The position numbers were made by a program, and so were the translations under genes. This document shows positions 8,556-18,037 of a DNA stretch of 47,716 bases, one piece after another. The notes beneath the pieces are model-generated. The model searched no databases. It was given only the letters and a program-made list of their open reading frames with translations, and was not told the DNA's origin. This DNA is from Anaerolineae bacterium (GTDB lineage Bacteria; Chloroflexota; Anaerolineae; Anaerolineales; UBA11858). Positions within the stretch are counted from its first letter, which is position 1. The number at the start of each line of letters is the position of its first letter. The stretch lies in assembly GCA_011176615.1 (NCBI GenBank), contig DUEG01000005.1:1-47716 (forward strand). Reading direction: 5' to 3'.

Positions 8556-10166
8556 TTGCTTACTAAAGTGCGATTATACCATTCAATAATTTTTTCTATC
8601 GGTATTACCTTTTTTGTTTTATCAGGATGTACACCAGCGGAAACACCTAAACCCGAAATTAAAGTGACGGTATTGGCTGATGGGAGCAGTATTGATCTTG
8701 ATCTATTACCAGGTAGTACGGTTGATGATGCACTTCGACTTGCCGGAAAAGAATTGGGGGACTTGGATCGGGTTGAACCCCCTGGCTTTTCTGTAATTGT
8801 CGAAGATATGCAGATAAATGTAATTAGGGTCAGAGAAGAATTTAATGTAGTTGAAGATATAATTCCATTTGAGAAACAATTGCAACCCAGCGAATTACTA
8901 TCAGAAGGGGAGCAAAGAACATTGCAAATGGGTGAAAATGGATTGAAAGAAGTAACTTATAGAAAACTGATTGAGAATGATGTTGAAATATCTGTTAATC
9001 CTATTAAAACAGTTATTATAAAAGAGCCTATTCCACAAATTATTTTAGTTGGTGTTCAGACTTCATTTTCACCGATGGATATACCTGGACGATTAGTATA
9101 TTTGAATGATGGAAATGCGTGGATGATGGAACAGTCTACAGCAAATCGGATACCGATTATTACGAGCGGCGATATGGATGGTCGGATTTTTGAATTATCT
9201 GATGATGGTAAATGGCTTCTTTTTACGAGGAAAAGTGATGACAAGGAAATAATAAACACGCTTTGGATAGTAAATGTAGATAAACCTGAGGAAGAATATG
9301 ATATTCATATTGAGAATGTTGTCCATTTTGCTGAATGGAAACGCGATTCTGATACAACTATAGCATATTCTACGGTAGAGCCAAGGCAAGCGCCACCAGG
9401 TTGGCAGGCGAACAACAATTTGTTAGAAGGAAGTATTTCTTCAAATGGACGGGTTTCACGCAAGGAAACTATAATTGATACAAATTCAGGCGGCATTTAT
9501 GGGTGGTGGGGTTCGGAATTTTCCTTTTCTCCGTCAGAATCAATCATTGCTTTTGCACAGCCAAGTAAAGTTGGTTATATAGATTTTCAGAATGGAGAAA
9601 GTTTGTTTGAGAAAAACATTATTCCCTTAATAACTAGAAGTGATTGGGCTTGGGTACCGGGGATAAGCTGGAGCCCTGATGGAGGATATTTATTTATTGT
9701 TGAACATACTAATCAAAATAATTCTGTTAATCCTGAAGAATCACCCGATTTTGATTTGATAGCCTTATCAACTGAAATTGGTGTGCAAATTGATCTTGTT
9801 CAACAAGTTGGAATGTTCGCATATCCATTACCATCTCCCATTATGATTCAAGCCAATGAGGAGGAATCTTATATGGTTGCATATTTACAAGCGATTTCCC
9901 CGAAAGAGAGCGAAACAAGTCGCTATATTGTAAGCATAATTGACCGGGATGGTTCAAACCGACGAAGAATCTTTCCTTCAACTGGGGAAGAAGGATTAGA
10001 CCCTATTAAAAATTGGGGGGTTTGGTCACCCGATGTTGTGCAACCATATGGTAATTATGTTCTTGCTTTGATTTACAAAGATAGTCTTTGGGTTGTGGAT
10101 CCATTATCGGGCGAATCTCGTCAAATTACAGGAGATGAGGGAATAATCAGGGTTGATTGGAAATAA
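8556..10166 (+). CDS. Lipoprotein with ubiquitin-like (DUF348-type) segment, G5 domain and TolB-like beta-propeller
   Basis: Lipobox VLSGC; GSTVDDAL..AG..LGDLDRVEP; G5 pattern IPF...GEQRTLQMGENG.KEVTY...EPIPQIILVG; WSPDG-type repeats; TTG start is uncertain. Confidence 0.7.
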   Translation: MLTKVRLYHSIIFSIGITFFVLSGCTPAETPKPEIKVTVLADGSSIDLDLLPGSTVDDALRLAGKELGDLDRVEPPGFSVIVEDMQINVIRVREEFNVVEDIIPFEKQLQPSELLSEGEQRTLQMGENGLKEVTYRKLIENDVEISVNPIKTVIIKEPIPQIILVGVQTSFSPMDIPGRLVYLNDGNAWMMEQSTANRIPIITSGDMDGRIFELSDDGKWLLFTRKSDDKEIINTLWIVNVDKPEEEYDIHIENVVHFAEWKRDSDTTIAYSTVEPRQAPPGWQANNNLLEGSISSNGRVSRKETIIDTNSGGIYGWWGSEFSFSPSESIIAFAQPSKVGYIDFQNGESLFEKNIIPLITRSDWAWVPGISWSPDGGYLFIVEHTNQNNSVNPEESPDFDLIALSTEIGVQIDLVQQVGMFAYPLPSPIMIQANEEESYMVAYLQAISPKESETSRYIVSIIDRDGSNRRRIFPSTGEEGLDPIKNWGVWSPDVVQPYGNYVLALIYKDSLWVVDPLSGESRQITGDEGIIRVDWK

Positions 10167-10238
10167 TTATTAAAAATAATAAAAAACATTTTGAATAGGC
10201 AAATTTAATACAATAATATATATGGAGATTCATTAATT

Positions 10239-11198
10239 ATGCGAATATTGATAACGGGTGCTGCGGGTTTTCTGGGTTCACATTTGTGCGACAAGTTATT
10301 AGATGAGGGTCATAGTGTTGTGGGGATGGATAATTTTATAACGGGGAATCCAGATAATCTTGCCCATCTTGCAGGGCACGAACGTTTTTCTTTTATTCGA
10401 CATGATGTGTCAAATTTTATTTTTGTTCCAGGAAAATTAGACGCTGTTCTGCATTTTGCGTCTCCAGCAAGTCCGAATCCGAATTCTCCGTATGGATATG
10501 TAAATTTGCCTATCCAAACTATGAAAGCCGGCGCTTTAGGCACACACAACACATTAGGGGTTGCTAGAGCACATGATGCAAGGTTTATGCTTGCCTCAAC
10601 AAGTGAAATATATGGAGATCCGCTTGAACATCCCCAAAAAGAAAGTTATTGGGGACATGTTAATCCCATTGGATTACGCTCTGTTTACGATGAGGCAAAG
10701 CGGTTTGCAGAGGCGCTTACAATGGCGTATCACAGATTTCATGGGATCAACACTTGTATTGTTCGGATATTTAACACATATGGACCAAGGATGCGTATAG
10801 ACGACGGAAGGGTCGTGCCAAACTTCTTGAGTCAAGGCTTGAAGGGCGAACGCTTATCAATATTTGGTGATGGTTCGCAAACGCGGAGTTTTTGTTATGT
10901 GGATGATTTGATTAATGGAATTTATAAACTTTTAATATCAAGTATTCACGATCCTGTAAATATTGGGAATCCTTCAGAAATTAGCATATTAGAGTTTGCA
11001 AAAATAATCAATCGTCTCACAAGCAATAATGCGGGTTACGAATTAAAACCCCAACAAAGAGGGGAAGGAGACCCTCAGCGAAGGAGACCAGACATATCTC
11101 GAGCAAGAGAAATATTAAATTGGGAGCCAGAGATTGATGTGGAGGACGGATTAGAAAAAACCATACCCTATTTTAAAGAGAAATTAGGGATTCCATGA
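10239..11198 (+). CDS. uxs: UDP-glucuronate decarboxylase (UDP-xylose synthase) family SDR
   Basis: [73 protein letters not shown]. Confidence 0.9.
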   Translation: MRILITGAAGFLGSHLCDKLLDEGHSVVGMDNFITGNPDNLAHLAGHERFSFIRHDVSNFIFVPGKLDAVLHFASPASPNPNSPYGYVNLPIQTMKAGALGTHNTLGVARAHDARFMLASTSEIYGDPLEHPQKESYWGHVNPIGLRSVYDEAKRFAEALTMAYHRFHGINTCIVRIFNTYGPRMRIDDGRVVPNFLSQGLKGERLSIFGDGSQTRSFCYVDDLINGIYKLLISSIHDPVNIGNPSEISILEFAKIINRLTSNNAGYELKPQQRGEGDPQRRRPDISRAREILNWEPEIDVEDGLEKTIPYFKEKLGIP

Positions 11199-11665
11199 TT
11201 TTTATATCCATAATAAAGAATTCACGCGAGAGGAAAAGGTTTATTCGTTTTGCGGTCGTTGGAGCAATAGGGGCTTTTGTGGATTTCGGCACATTTAACC
11301 TGTTGTCTCAAGTTTTCCATATTGATCCTGTAATAGCAAGTATTACTTCATTCATAACTGCGCTTACGAGTAATTTTATTTGGAACCGGTACTGGACTTA
11401 TCCAGATTCTCGAACAAAGGCTGTTTCCCAACAAGTATTTCAATTTGCTGTAGTAAACTTGATTGGACTGGCGATAAGAACCCCAATATTTTTTGGATTC
11501 AGTAAATTATTTTTGTATTTCATTAATAGAATAAAGATATTTGAAACATTTTCAATATCAAACGAAGTCTTTGGAAACAATGTCGCACTAGCAGTTGCCA
11601 TAATTGTAGTAATGTTCTGGAATTATTTTGCAAATCGTTATTGGACATATAGTGATGTAAATTAG
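11195..11665 (+). CDS. GtrA-family membrane protein (lipid-linked sugar translocase)
   Basis: [21 protein letters not shown] and [11 protein letters not shown]; four TM segments; ATGA overlap with uxs. Confidence 0.9.
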   Translation: MIFISIIKNSRERKRFIRFAVVGAIGAFVDFGTFNLLSQVFHIDPVIASITSFITALTSNFIWNRYWTYPDSRTKAVSQQVFQFAVVNLIGLAIRTPIFFGFSKLFLYFINRIKIFETFSISNEVFGNNVALAVAIIVVMFWNYFANRYWTYSDVN

Positions 11666-11714
11666 GTAGCGATCATTTGTTAAAAATATTGAGGTGAGTG
11701 TATATAATAGTAAT

Positions 11715-12092
11715 ATGAAAAAAAGGAAACGAATAATACCGATTTATACATCAAGAGGAGATGTAGGTGCACTTCTTGTTTATCCTTGGATTCATAATCT
11801 GCAAGGAGAATGGATAGGATGGGTAACCTCAACCGGAGAGGTTTATTCTGTCCTTGGTAATTATGTTGGCTGGCTTAGTAAAGACCCTAGGATTTTGAGA
11901 AGGAGAAGTTACGATTTTTCAAAACCTCGGCTTAAACCCCCTCCTCAACCAAAAAAGATTAGACCTCCAGCAACACTACCTTTAGCGCCGTTAATGCCAA
12001 TGTTAACTTATGCAACAATCGATGTTTTGCTTGATGAACCCGAAAAATTAAGTACCCCTGATTCGGATGATCTAAGAGAGGATATGGACTAG
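11715..12092 (+). CDS. Hypothetical protein with short beta repeats (4-fold beta-flower-like) and Pro-rich tail
   Basis: Repeats IYTSRGDVGAL / IHNLQGEWIGWV / VYSVLGNYVGWL; ATG at 11715 preferred over GTG at 11694. Confidence 0.6.
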   Translation: MKKRKRIIPIYTSRGDVGALLVYPWIHNLQGEWIGWVTSTGEVYSVLGNYVGWLSKDPRILRRRSYDFSKPRLKPPPQPKKIRPPATLPLAPLMPMLTYATIDVLLDEPEKLSTPDSDDLREDMD

Positions 12093-12131
12093 ATAATTTC
12101 AAGATAAGAACTGATTTGAGGTTGTTAACGC

Positions 12132-13373
12132 TTGCATAAAAGAATGATGGAGACAATGAATACAGACAGTGTATCAGAAGAAGAGAATAACATTTCTTCC
12201 CTTACCAATAATGATACTGGGGAAAATATTACTGGTGTTCGATCTTTGATGGAATTAATCGATATTGTAACTGGAAGGAATTTACAGAATACTCAAATTC
12301 AAGAAGATGGGGGATATGCCGATGTGATACCATTTCCTTTTATGGCTATTGTTGGTCAAAAGGAGATGAAAATTGCTTTAATTCTGTCAATCATTAACCC
12401 ACTGATGGGGGGAGTATTACTCATTGGACCAAGAGGTACTGGAAAAACAATAGCGGTTAGAAGTCTGATTGATTTATTACCAGATGTACCTCGTAGTTTA
12501 TGCTTTTATGGATGTTTGGAAGAGGATATTGAGAAAGGTGGTTTAGATGCAGTTTGCCCCGCGTGTGCTAAAAAATTTGCTATGGGGGAACCAATTTCAG
12601 TATTGGATCGAGTAAGATTGGTAGAATTGCCTCTAAATGCAAAAATCGATGATGTTATCGGTGGGCTGGACGAAAGAGCGACAATAAATGACCGGTTGCG
12701 ATTAAAGCGTGGAATATTAGCGCAGGCTGATCGTAATATTCTTTATGTTGATGAAGTTAATCTTCTCTCAGATGATGTAATTGATGCAATTCTTGATGCC
12801 TCGGCGCAAGGTCATTATACTGTCAGAAGAGGGCCAGTTTCTGCAACTTATCGCTCTAGATTTGTATTTGTTGGGTCAATGAATCCAGAGGAAGGAAATC
12901 TTCGCCCACAAATAATGGATCGTTTTGGATTAAGGGTGGTTATGCAGGGACTTAAAGAACCAAAAGAAAGATTAGAAGCGTATCGTCGGGTAAACTTATA
13001 TTTAAATAATCCTTACCAAGTCGTAAATAATTTTAAGGACGAAACAAGAATTGCTAAAGAGGAAATACAACTGGCAAGAGAAATGCTTCCAAAGGCTATT
13101 CTCAATGATGAGATAGCAAACCTTGGGTTGAAGCTGATATCAAAATTAAAAATCGAATCATTAAGAGCGGAAATTACTTTGTTTGAAGCGGCAAAAGCAT
13201 ATGCTGTTGCTGATGGAAGAATTGAGGTTACTAGAAACGATTTATTGAGGGTGGCGCCACTTGCTTTGAGATTGCGAAGATCGTCATTCATAACCGATTA
13301 CTTGTCCCAGCAAAATCAAGAAAAAGAAGAATTGGACAAAATCTTGGACGAGGTCATTCGTCATCAAGAGTAG
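12132..13373 (+). CDS. Mg-chelatase subunit I (ChlI/BchI)-like AAA+ ATPase
   Basis: FPFMAIVGQ, Walker A GPRGTGKT, ILYVDEVNLL, GSMNPEEG.LRPQIMDRFG; start codon uncertain (12132-12156). Confidence 0.85.
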   Translation: MHKRMMETMNTDSVSEEENNISSLTNNDTGENITGVRSLMELIDIVTGRNLQNTQIQEDGGYADVIPFPFMAIVGQKEMKIALILSIINPLMGGVLLIGPRGTGKTIAVRSLIDLLPDVPRSLCFYGCLEEDIEKGGLDAVCPACAKKFAMGEPISVLDRVRLVELPLNAKIDDVIGGLDERATINDRLRLKRGILAQADRNILYVDEVNLLSDDVIDAILDASAQGHYTVRRGPVSATYRSRFVFVGSMNPEEGNLRPQIMDRFGLRVVMQGLKEPKERLEAYRRVNLYLNNPYQVVNNFKDETRIAKEEIQLAREMLPKAILNDEIANLGLKLISKLKIESLRAEITLFEAAKAYAVADGRIEVTRNDLLRVAPLALRLRRSSFITDYLSQQNQEKEELDKILDEVIRHQE

Positions 13374-13409
13374 AATCAAGAATAATCGTAAAATGAGAAA
13401 ATTGCTGTT

Positions 13410-13970
13410 ATGTCAAGTCTTCGTGTAATTTCCGGTAAAGCGAGAGGCAAGAAATTAAGATCTGTGCCAGGAGATATTACAAGACCTATTACTGATAGGG
13501 TAAAAGAGGCATTGTTCAATATCATAGGGGCGGATATAGTTTCGAGTAAATTATTAGATTTGTTTGCGGGGACAGGCAGCGTGGGGATTGAGGCATTAAG
13601 TCGTGGGGCGAAATATGTGCTTTTTCTTGATAAAAACCGCAATGCAATCAACACGATTCGTCAAAATATAGAATCTACAGGAGTGAGTCAGCATAGCGAA
13701 GTTGTGAAAGCGGATGCATTTGTCTATATCAAGAAACCCCCGGATAATTCATTCGATTATATTTATGTTGCCCCTCCCCAATATAAAGATTTGTGGAAGA
13801 AGGCAATCAAATTATTGGATGAAAGGAAGGGATGGTTGGATTCAGATGGATGGGTTATTGTTCAAATACACCCTAAAGAGTATCAAGAAATCGAATTAAA
13901 ACATTTGTTTGAATTTGACCAAAGGGATTACGGGAGTACAAGGCTTGTTTTTTATAGAAAAAATCAATAA
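13410..13970 (+). CDS. rsmD: 16S rRNA m2G966 methyltransferase
   Basis: LRVISGKARG, TRPITDRVKEALFN, LDLFAGTGSVGIEALSRGA. Confidence 0.93.
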   Translation: MSSLRVISGKARGKKLRSVPGDITRPITDRVKEALFNIIGADIVSSKLLDLFAGTGSVGIEALSRGAKYVLFLDKNRNAINTIRQNIESTGVSQHSEVVKADAFVYIKKPPDNSFDYIYVAPPQYKDLWKKAIKLLDERKGWLDSDGWVIVQIHPKEYQEIELKHLFEFDQRDYGSTRLVFYRKNQ

Positions 13971-14013
13971 AAAAGGGGATAATATTTTGTGCCAATTTAC
14001 ATTAAGAAAGATA

Positions 14014-14038
14014 GGGGTGTAAGAAATTCCTACACCCC
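14014..14038. terminator. Stem-loop between convergent rsmD and aldolase genes
   Basis: GGGGTGTA...TACACCCC inverted repeat. Confidence 0.65.
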
Positions 14039-14050
14039 AGTTGTAGTTAT

Positions 14051-15469
14051 TTAATCTGCTAAATCGCTTGTATCTTCAGCGCTTAAAACATCTTTTAAAT
14101 AGTTCTCTAATTTGGGTTGTATTTTTACATGTTTTATATGTTTGCCAACATATTTCTTCGTTCCATGTATTTTAAGAAGCGTAAAAAGATTCCTGAATTT
14201 AGATTCCCACGCAGCCTCAATTTTCTCTTTCTGTTCTGGTGGTAGAGACCAGGTTTGCTTTTTAAAAGGACCAATCGCTCGTTTTCGGGTCTTATAATAA
14301 AATTGATCATCTGTTTGACCCTCTTTGCGCTCATTTGAATGGTTTTCTCGTAAATAAGCATAAATATCATTGCGAAGATCATCAGGGATTAGGTCATAAA
14401 AGATATTCTGAAAATTAGTCGCAAGATGTACTTCTACTGCTTCTGATTCAACAAATTTGCCGAAAGCATCTTCTGGTAGTGTGGATGCGCCATGCTGAAC
14501 GGCTCCGCCCATCCCATAATCTTTTCGTGCTATCCTGCTTAACTTTAATAATGTATCAAAGTCAACTTTTACTTTGGCAATAGACCCGTCAGGTAATACG
14601 ACTCCGCCATGAGAAGTCCCTGTTTGGATGCTTATTTTACTGAGTCCAATGGCTTTGGGGGAGATTTCTTTGAGATGAGAGTTATATCCATCCATATAAA
14701 CTCGTAACTCTTCCTCTGTAGAATTATGCCCCCCAACTTCTCCAATCTCACCCCCAATAGATACAGGTATATCCTTGGGCTGGATTGAGCGGATAAATGC
14801 AGAGAATTCGGCAGAAAGACTGGTATTTAATCTTTGTTGTTCAGGAATAGTTGTTTTGCTTAAATCAACCAAAGTCGATGTGTCTATATCGATATTGTAA
14901 AAGCCTGCAGAAATTGCCTCGATGGAAAGATCTTTGATTGCTTGTATTTCTTTGTCTTTGTTTTCTATAAATCGCTTTGGTGATACTTGAAAATGGTCAC
15001 CCTGGATAAATATTGCGCCGCGGAAATCCTCTTTTATGGCTGCTGCTAATATGCTTGTTACGTATTCTGATGGTCTTTGGTCTGTATACCCCATCTCTGA
15101 TCTAGCGATTTCAAATATGAACGCACCTGCATCCATACTATTCGCGACCTTGAAGACAGTACAGGCTGCGTTAAAAGATAGAGCACGAAGGTTAATTGCT
15201 GGTACAGTAAAATTTGTGGGGACTTCGCCACGACCACGGGCAAGATATAAATCGTTTATAGATGATGGTATTATATCCAAAGCCAAAGCGATTTTGCGCG
15301 TTAAATATCTAGCCAGACCTTGTTGATAACCGCTTCCAAGTGCTGATAATTCAGCGAATTTGGAAATATTTGCTCGTAATTTTGAGGAATCGAGGATAAC
15401 AATATGACCGTCTTTTAGATCAACGCTATTATCTAGTAGTTTTAGCAATTCTTGAATTCTTCTGTCCAT
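14051..15469 (-). CDS. Long-form class II aldolase (fructose/tagatose-bisphosphate aldolase family)
   Basis: TVPAIN, QGDH, GGEIGEVGG, TGTSHGG, VQHGAS metal-ligand motifs; N- and C-terminal extensions. Confidence 0.8.
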   Translation of the reverse strand: MDRRIQELLKLLDNSVDLKDGHIVILDSSKLRANISKFAELSALGSGYQQGLARYLTRKIALALDIIPSSINDLYLARGRGEVPTNFTVPAINLRALSFNAACTVFKVANSMDAGAFIFEIARSEMGYTDQRPSEYVTSILAAAIKEDFRGAIFIQGDHFQVSPKRFIENKDKEIQAIKDLSIEAISAGFYNIDIDTSTLVDLSKTTIPEQQRLNTSLSAEFSAFIRSIQPKDIPVSIGGEIGEVGGHNSTEEELRVYMDGYNSHLKEISPKAIGLSKISIQTGTSHGGVVLPDGSIAKVKVDFDTLLKLSRIARKDYGMGGAVQHGASTLPEDAFGKFVESEAVEVHLATNFQNIFYDLIPDDLRNDIYAYLRENHSNERKEGQTDDQFYYKTRKRAIGPFKKQTWSLPPEQKEKIEAAWESKFRNLFTLLKIHGTKKYVGKHIKHVKIQPKLENYLKDVLSAEDTSDLAD

Positions 15470-15642
15470 TATGAAACTCCTTATCGTTGTAAACGTATAT
15501 ACCTAATAAATAGGATCAGTGAGATTATAAACTGGAATGAAATAATAGCAAGGCTTGAATATTATTTTATTGCTTTAATGGATTTCTCAGGCTATAATTG
15601 ATTTAATAATATGGACAAAGTAAATATCATTTGGAGGATAAT

Positions 15643-16158
15643 ATGAGTGACCTATTCGAAAAAATTACAGGAGATCAAGATATATTCAAAAAGATTGCGA
15701 ACAAAATACCGGGTTTCAATGGCTATATAGAACGACAAGACCGTAGGGCTGCAGATAAGATTCTAAGGGAGACAATTGCTGCCCATTTTGAAGGATTATA
15801 CGAGAAGGTGTCTTCGCTTCAAGAGGATTTTATTAGCCAAGGTGAAATCATGTACGTAGACGATCTTGAAAAAGCCGCCATAAAACTACGCACATTTATA
15901 GATAGAATAAAAACAGCATCCTATGGATATTCAGGTTTTTTTGATTCAATTAAATTAAATGAAGAAGAACTAAAACAAATTTATGAGTATGATCTAAAAA
16001 TGGTTGATCTTGAGGATGAGGTTTTACATGCGATTGAAAATGTTGAGGAATCAATGGGGAGCGATGGCATTCAAGCGGCGATTAGAAATCTCATTCAGAA
16101 AGCAAGTGAATGTGTAGAGATATTTAATCGAAGAGATGAGGTTGTTACACAGGGTTAA
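15643..16158 (+). CDS. Conserved alpha-helical hypothetical protein
   Basis: SD GGAGG before ATG 15643; KIPGFNGY...RRAADK.LR and ASYGYSGFFD look like a conserved family; co-oriented with the SPFH gene. Confidence 0.7.
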   Translation: MSDLFEKITGDQDIFKKIANKIPGFNGYIERQDRRAADKILRETIAAHFEGLYEKVSSLQEDFISQGEIMYVDDLEKAAIKLRTFIDRIKTASYGYSGFFDSIKLNEEELKQIYEYDLKMVDLEDEVLHAIENVEESMGSDGIQAAIRNLIQKASECVEIFNRRDEVVTQG

Positions 16159-16199
16159 TAAATCATTATTAATTATGAGAAAAAAGGAGGAACAGTGTT

Positions 16200-17252
16200 A
16201 TGGCTAGAATTTTTGATGTAATTGAGTATCCAGATGCAATGAAGGATGAGATTGTTCATCGTTTTCCTGAAACAGGTTTTGGTGACTTTAGAATAGGATC
16301 ACAAGTTATTGTACGCGAATCTCAATCGGCTGTATTTTATCGCGATGGACAGGCATTGGATGTTTTTGGTCCCGGAAGGCACACGATTGCTACTGCAAAT
16401 ATTCCAAGACTGATAGATTTCATCGGCAAAGCATTTAATGATCGCACACCTTTTCCGGCAGAAGTGTATTTCGTTTCTATGAGAGAATTTGTCGACAAAA
16501 AATGGGGAACCCCTCAACCTATTATTGTTAAAAACCCAGGAATGGGGTTGGGAGTTGCTCTGCTACAAGGGTTTGGAACATATTCCTTCCAGGTATCCAA
16601 TCCACAACAGTTTGTTACTCAGATCGTTGGAGCTCAGGGCGTTTTTAGGACAAAAGACATTGAAAATCGGTTAAGAGATGTGTTGCTTTCAGACTTAACT
16701 GACTTACTTGGAGAAACAGGAGCCAAGCATAGTGTTTTAGAATTAATTGGCTTAGTAAATGAATTGGGTGCTGGTGTCCGGGCAAAAGCCCAGGATCACT
16801 TTGCTTCATTGGGATTGACTCTCAAGACATTCCTAATTGCCAACTTGAAACCTTCGGATAAATCTGCAGAAGAATTACGTGCTATGGGAATGCTCGATAT
16901 GGACACTTATACAAGATTGCAAGCTGCAGACGCTTTGCGCGATGCTGCTCAAAACCCTAGTGGTGGGGCTGGATTGACTGCAGGCATAGGGGCAGGAGTT
17001 GGTATTGGAAATGTAATGAGCCAAACACTTCAAGGAATGACGGGGAGTGGAAATAACCAAAAAACTCCAGAAGGTGGTTCTTCAAATATGAGCATACCTG
17101 ATGTTATGACACCCTCTGAAGCAGCCAGTTTCCTTCGTGTGTCAGAGGAAGATGTGGTCGCTGCTATTGAATCGGGTGATATAAAAGCACGAAAACTAGG
17201 AAAGGCTTATAGAATTAGTAAAAAAGCATTAGAAGATTTCTTGTCAGGTTAA
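16200..17252 (+). CDS. SPFH/Band-7 (YdjI-like) protein with C-terminal excisionase-type HTH
   Basis: GSQVIVRESQSAVF..DG...DVFGPGRHT, PFPAEVYFV, KWGT; tail VMTPSEAASFLRVS......I..G.IKARKLGKAYRISK. Confidence 0.85.
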   Translation: MARIFDVIEYPDAMKDEIVHRFPETGFGDFRIGSQVIVRESQSAVFYRDGQALDVFGPGRHTIATANIPRLIDFIGKAFNDRTPFPAEVYFVSMREFVDKKWGTPQPIIVKNPGMGLGVALLQGFGTYSFQVSNPQQFVTQIVGAQGVFRTKDIENRLRDVLLSDLTDLLGETGAKHSVLELIGLVNELGAGVRAKAQDHFASLGLTLKTFLIANLKPSDKSAEELRAMGMLDMDTYTRLQAADALRDAAQNPSGGAGLTAGIGAGVGIGNVMSQTLQGMTGSGNNQKTPEGGSSNMSIPDVMTPSEAASFLRVSEEDVVAAIESGDIKARKLGKAYRISKKALEDFLSG

Positions 17253-17281
17253 TAGAGGAACGAAAATAAAATAAAAATTTG

Positions 17282-17322
17282 AAAAGAGATCCAACGGTTG
17301 AAAAATCTTGGGTCTCTTTTTT
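17282..17322. terminator. Bidirectional intrinsic terminator
   Basis: AAAAGAGATCCAA...TTGGGTCTCTTTTTT with A and T tails, between convergent genes. Confidence 0.8.
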
Positions 17323-17341
17323 GTGAATACCAAATTTAATA

Positions 17342-18031
17342 TTATTTAAAAGAATCATTAATAATGTGTAATGTTTCTGAAGAAATCGGCTTCTTTTTTG
17401 CAAATTTGCGTAGATAATCCTTTAAATTTTGTGAATGAAGTGTAGGAACAGGGGCGTTGTCTGCATCTGCTTTGGCGTCCGGATGGGTTAGTACTAAAGC
17501 AGCATTAATATCAGGAGTTGATAATTCTGGAATTTTAGTTGACAAAAACTTTTTTATTGCATCCGTCTCTGAAGAAATTTCTAGATCTGGTCTTCCCAAG
17601 CTATCTTGTGCAAAAATTTTCAAATAACCTGACAGCAAACCTCCCCCTTTCTGTTTCCAACGATTTTTTTCATATACGATTCTGCCTTTTTGATTTTTTG
17701 GAAAGAGAACCCAAATACCTGCGGGTCCAGTTAACAAGTGAGATGCAGGGGTGGTGTAATGAAATAAAGTGTATTTTTTGTCAAGTCCTTTTAATGCTTT
17801 GTTAAGTTGTTCATCTGGTCTAGGACTTTTACCCCACCGATTAGTGAAGTAAATACCAATCTGTGAGAGCAAAAAACCTATTAGCAAGGCTGTCAAAGAA
17901 AGGCTGAATTGTTCTGGTGATTTAAAGGTAATGTACATACCCACACCTAAAATTGCAAGGCTGACAATATTTGTAACTTGCCCAATTCTAGCATTTCGCT
18001 TAATTAATTTTTCGTTTGTAATAATATTCAT
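17342..18031 (-). CDS. Two-TM membrane protein with degenerate NERD-like domain
   Basis: Two N-terminal TM helices then E.L.KALKGL...YTLFH...HLLTGPAGIWVL.PKN..G.I, the NERD layout. Confidence 0.6.
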   Translation of the reverse strand: MNIITNEKLIKRNARIGQVTNIVSLAILGVGMYITFKSPEQFSLSLTALLIGFLLSQIGIYFTNRWGKSPRPDEQLNKALKGLDKKYTLFHYTTPASHLLTGPAGIWVLFPKNQKGRIVYEKNRWKQKGGGLLSGYLKIFAQDSLGRPDLEISSETDAIKKFLSTKIPELSTPDINAALVLTHPDAKADADNAPVPTLHSQNLKDYLRKFAKKKPISSETLHIINDSFK

Positions 18032-18037
18032 TTCAGT

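Noticed and set aside
12132-13373. Evidence for phototrophy from a bchI-like gene
   Set aside because: ChlI-like ATPases are common in non-phototrophs and no other bch or puf genes are present.
17100-17252. Excisionase indicating a prophage or ICE
   Set aside because: It is an in-frame C-terminal domain of the SPFH protein; no integrase, att repeats or phage genes are nearby.
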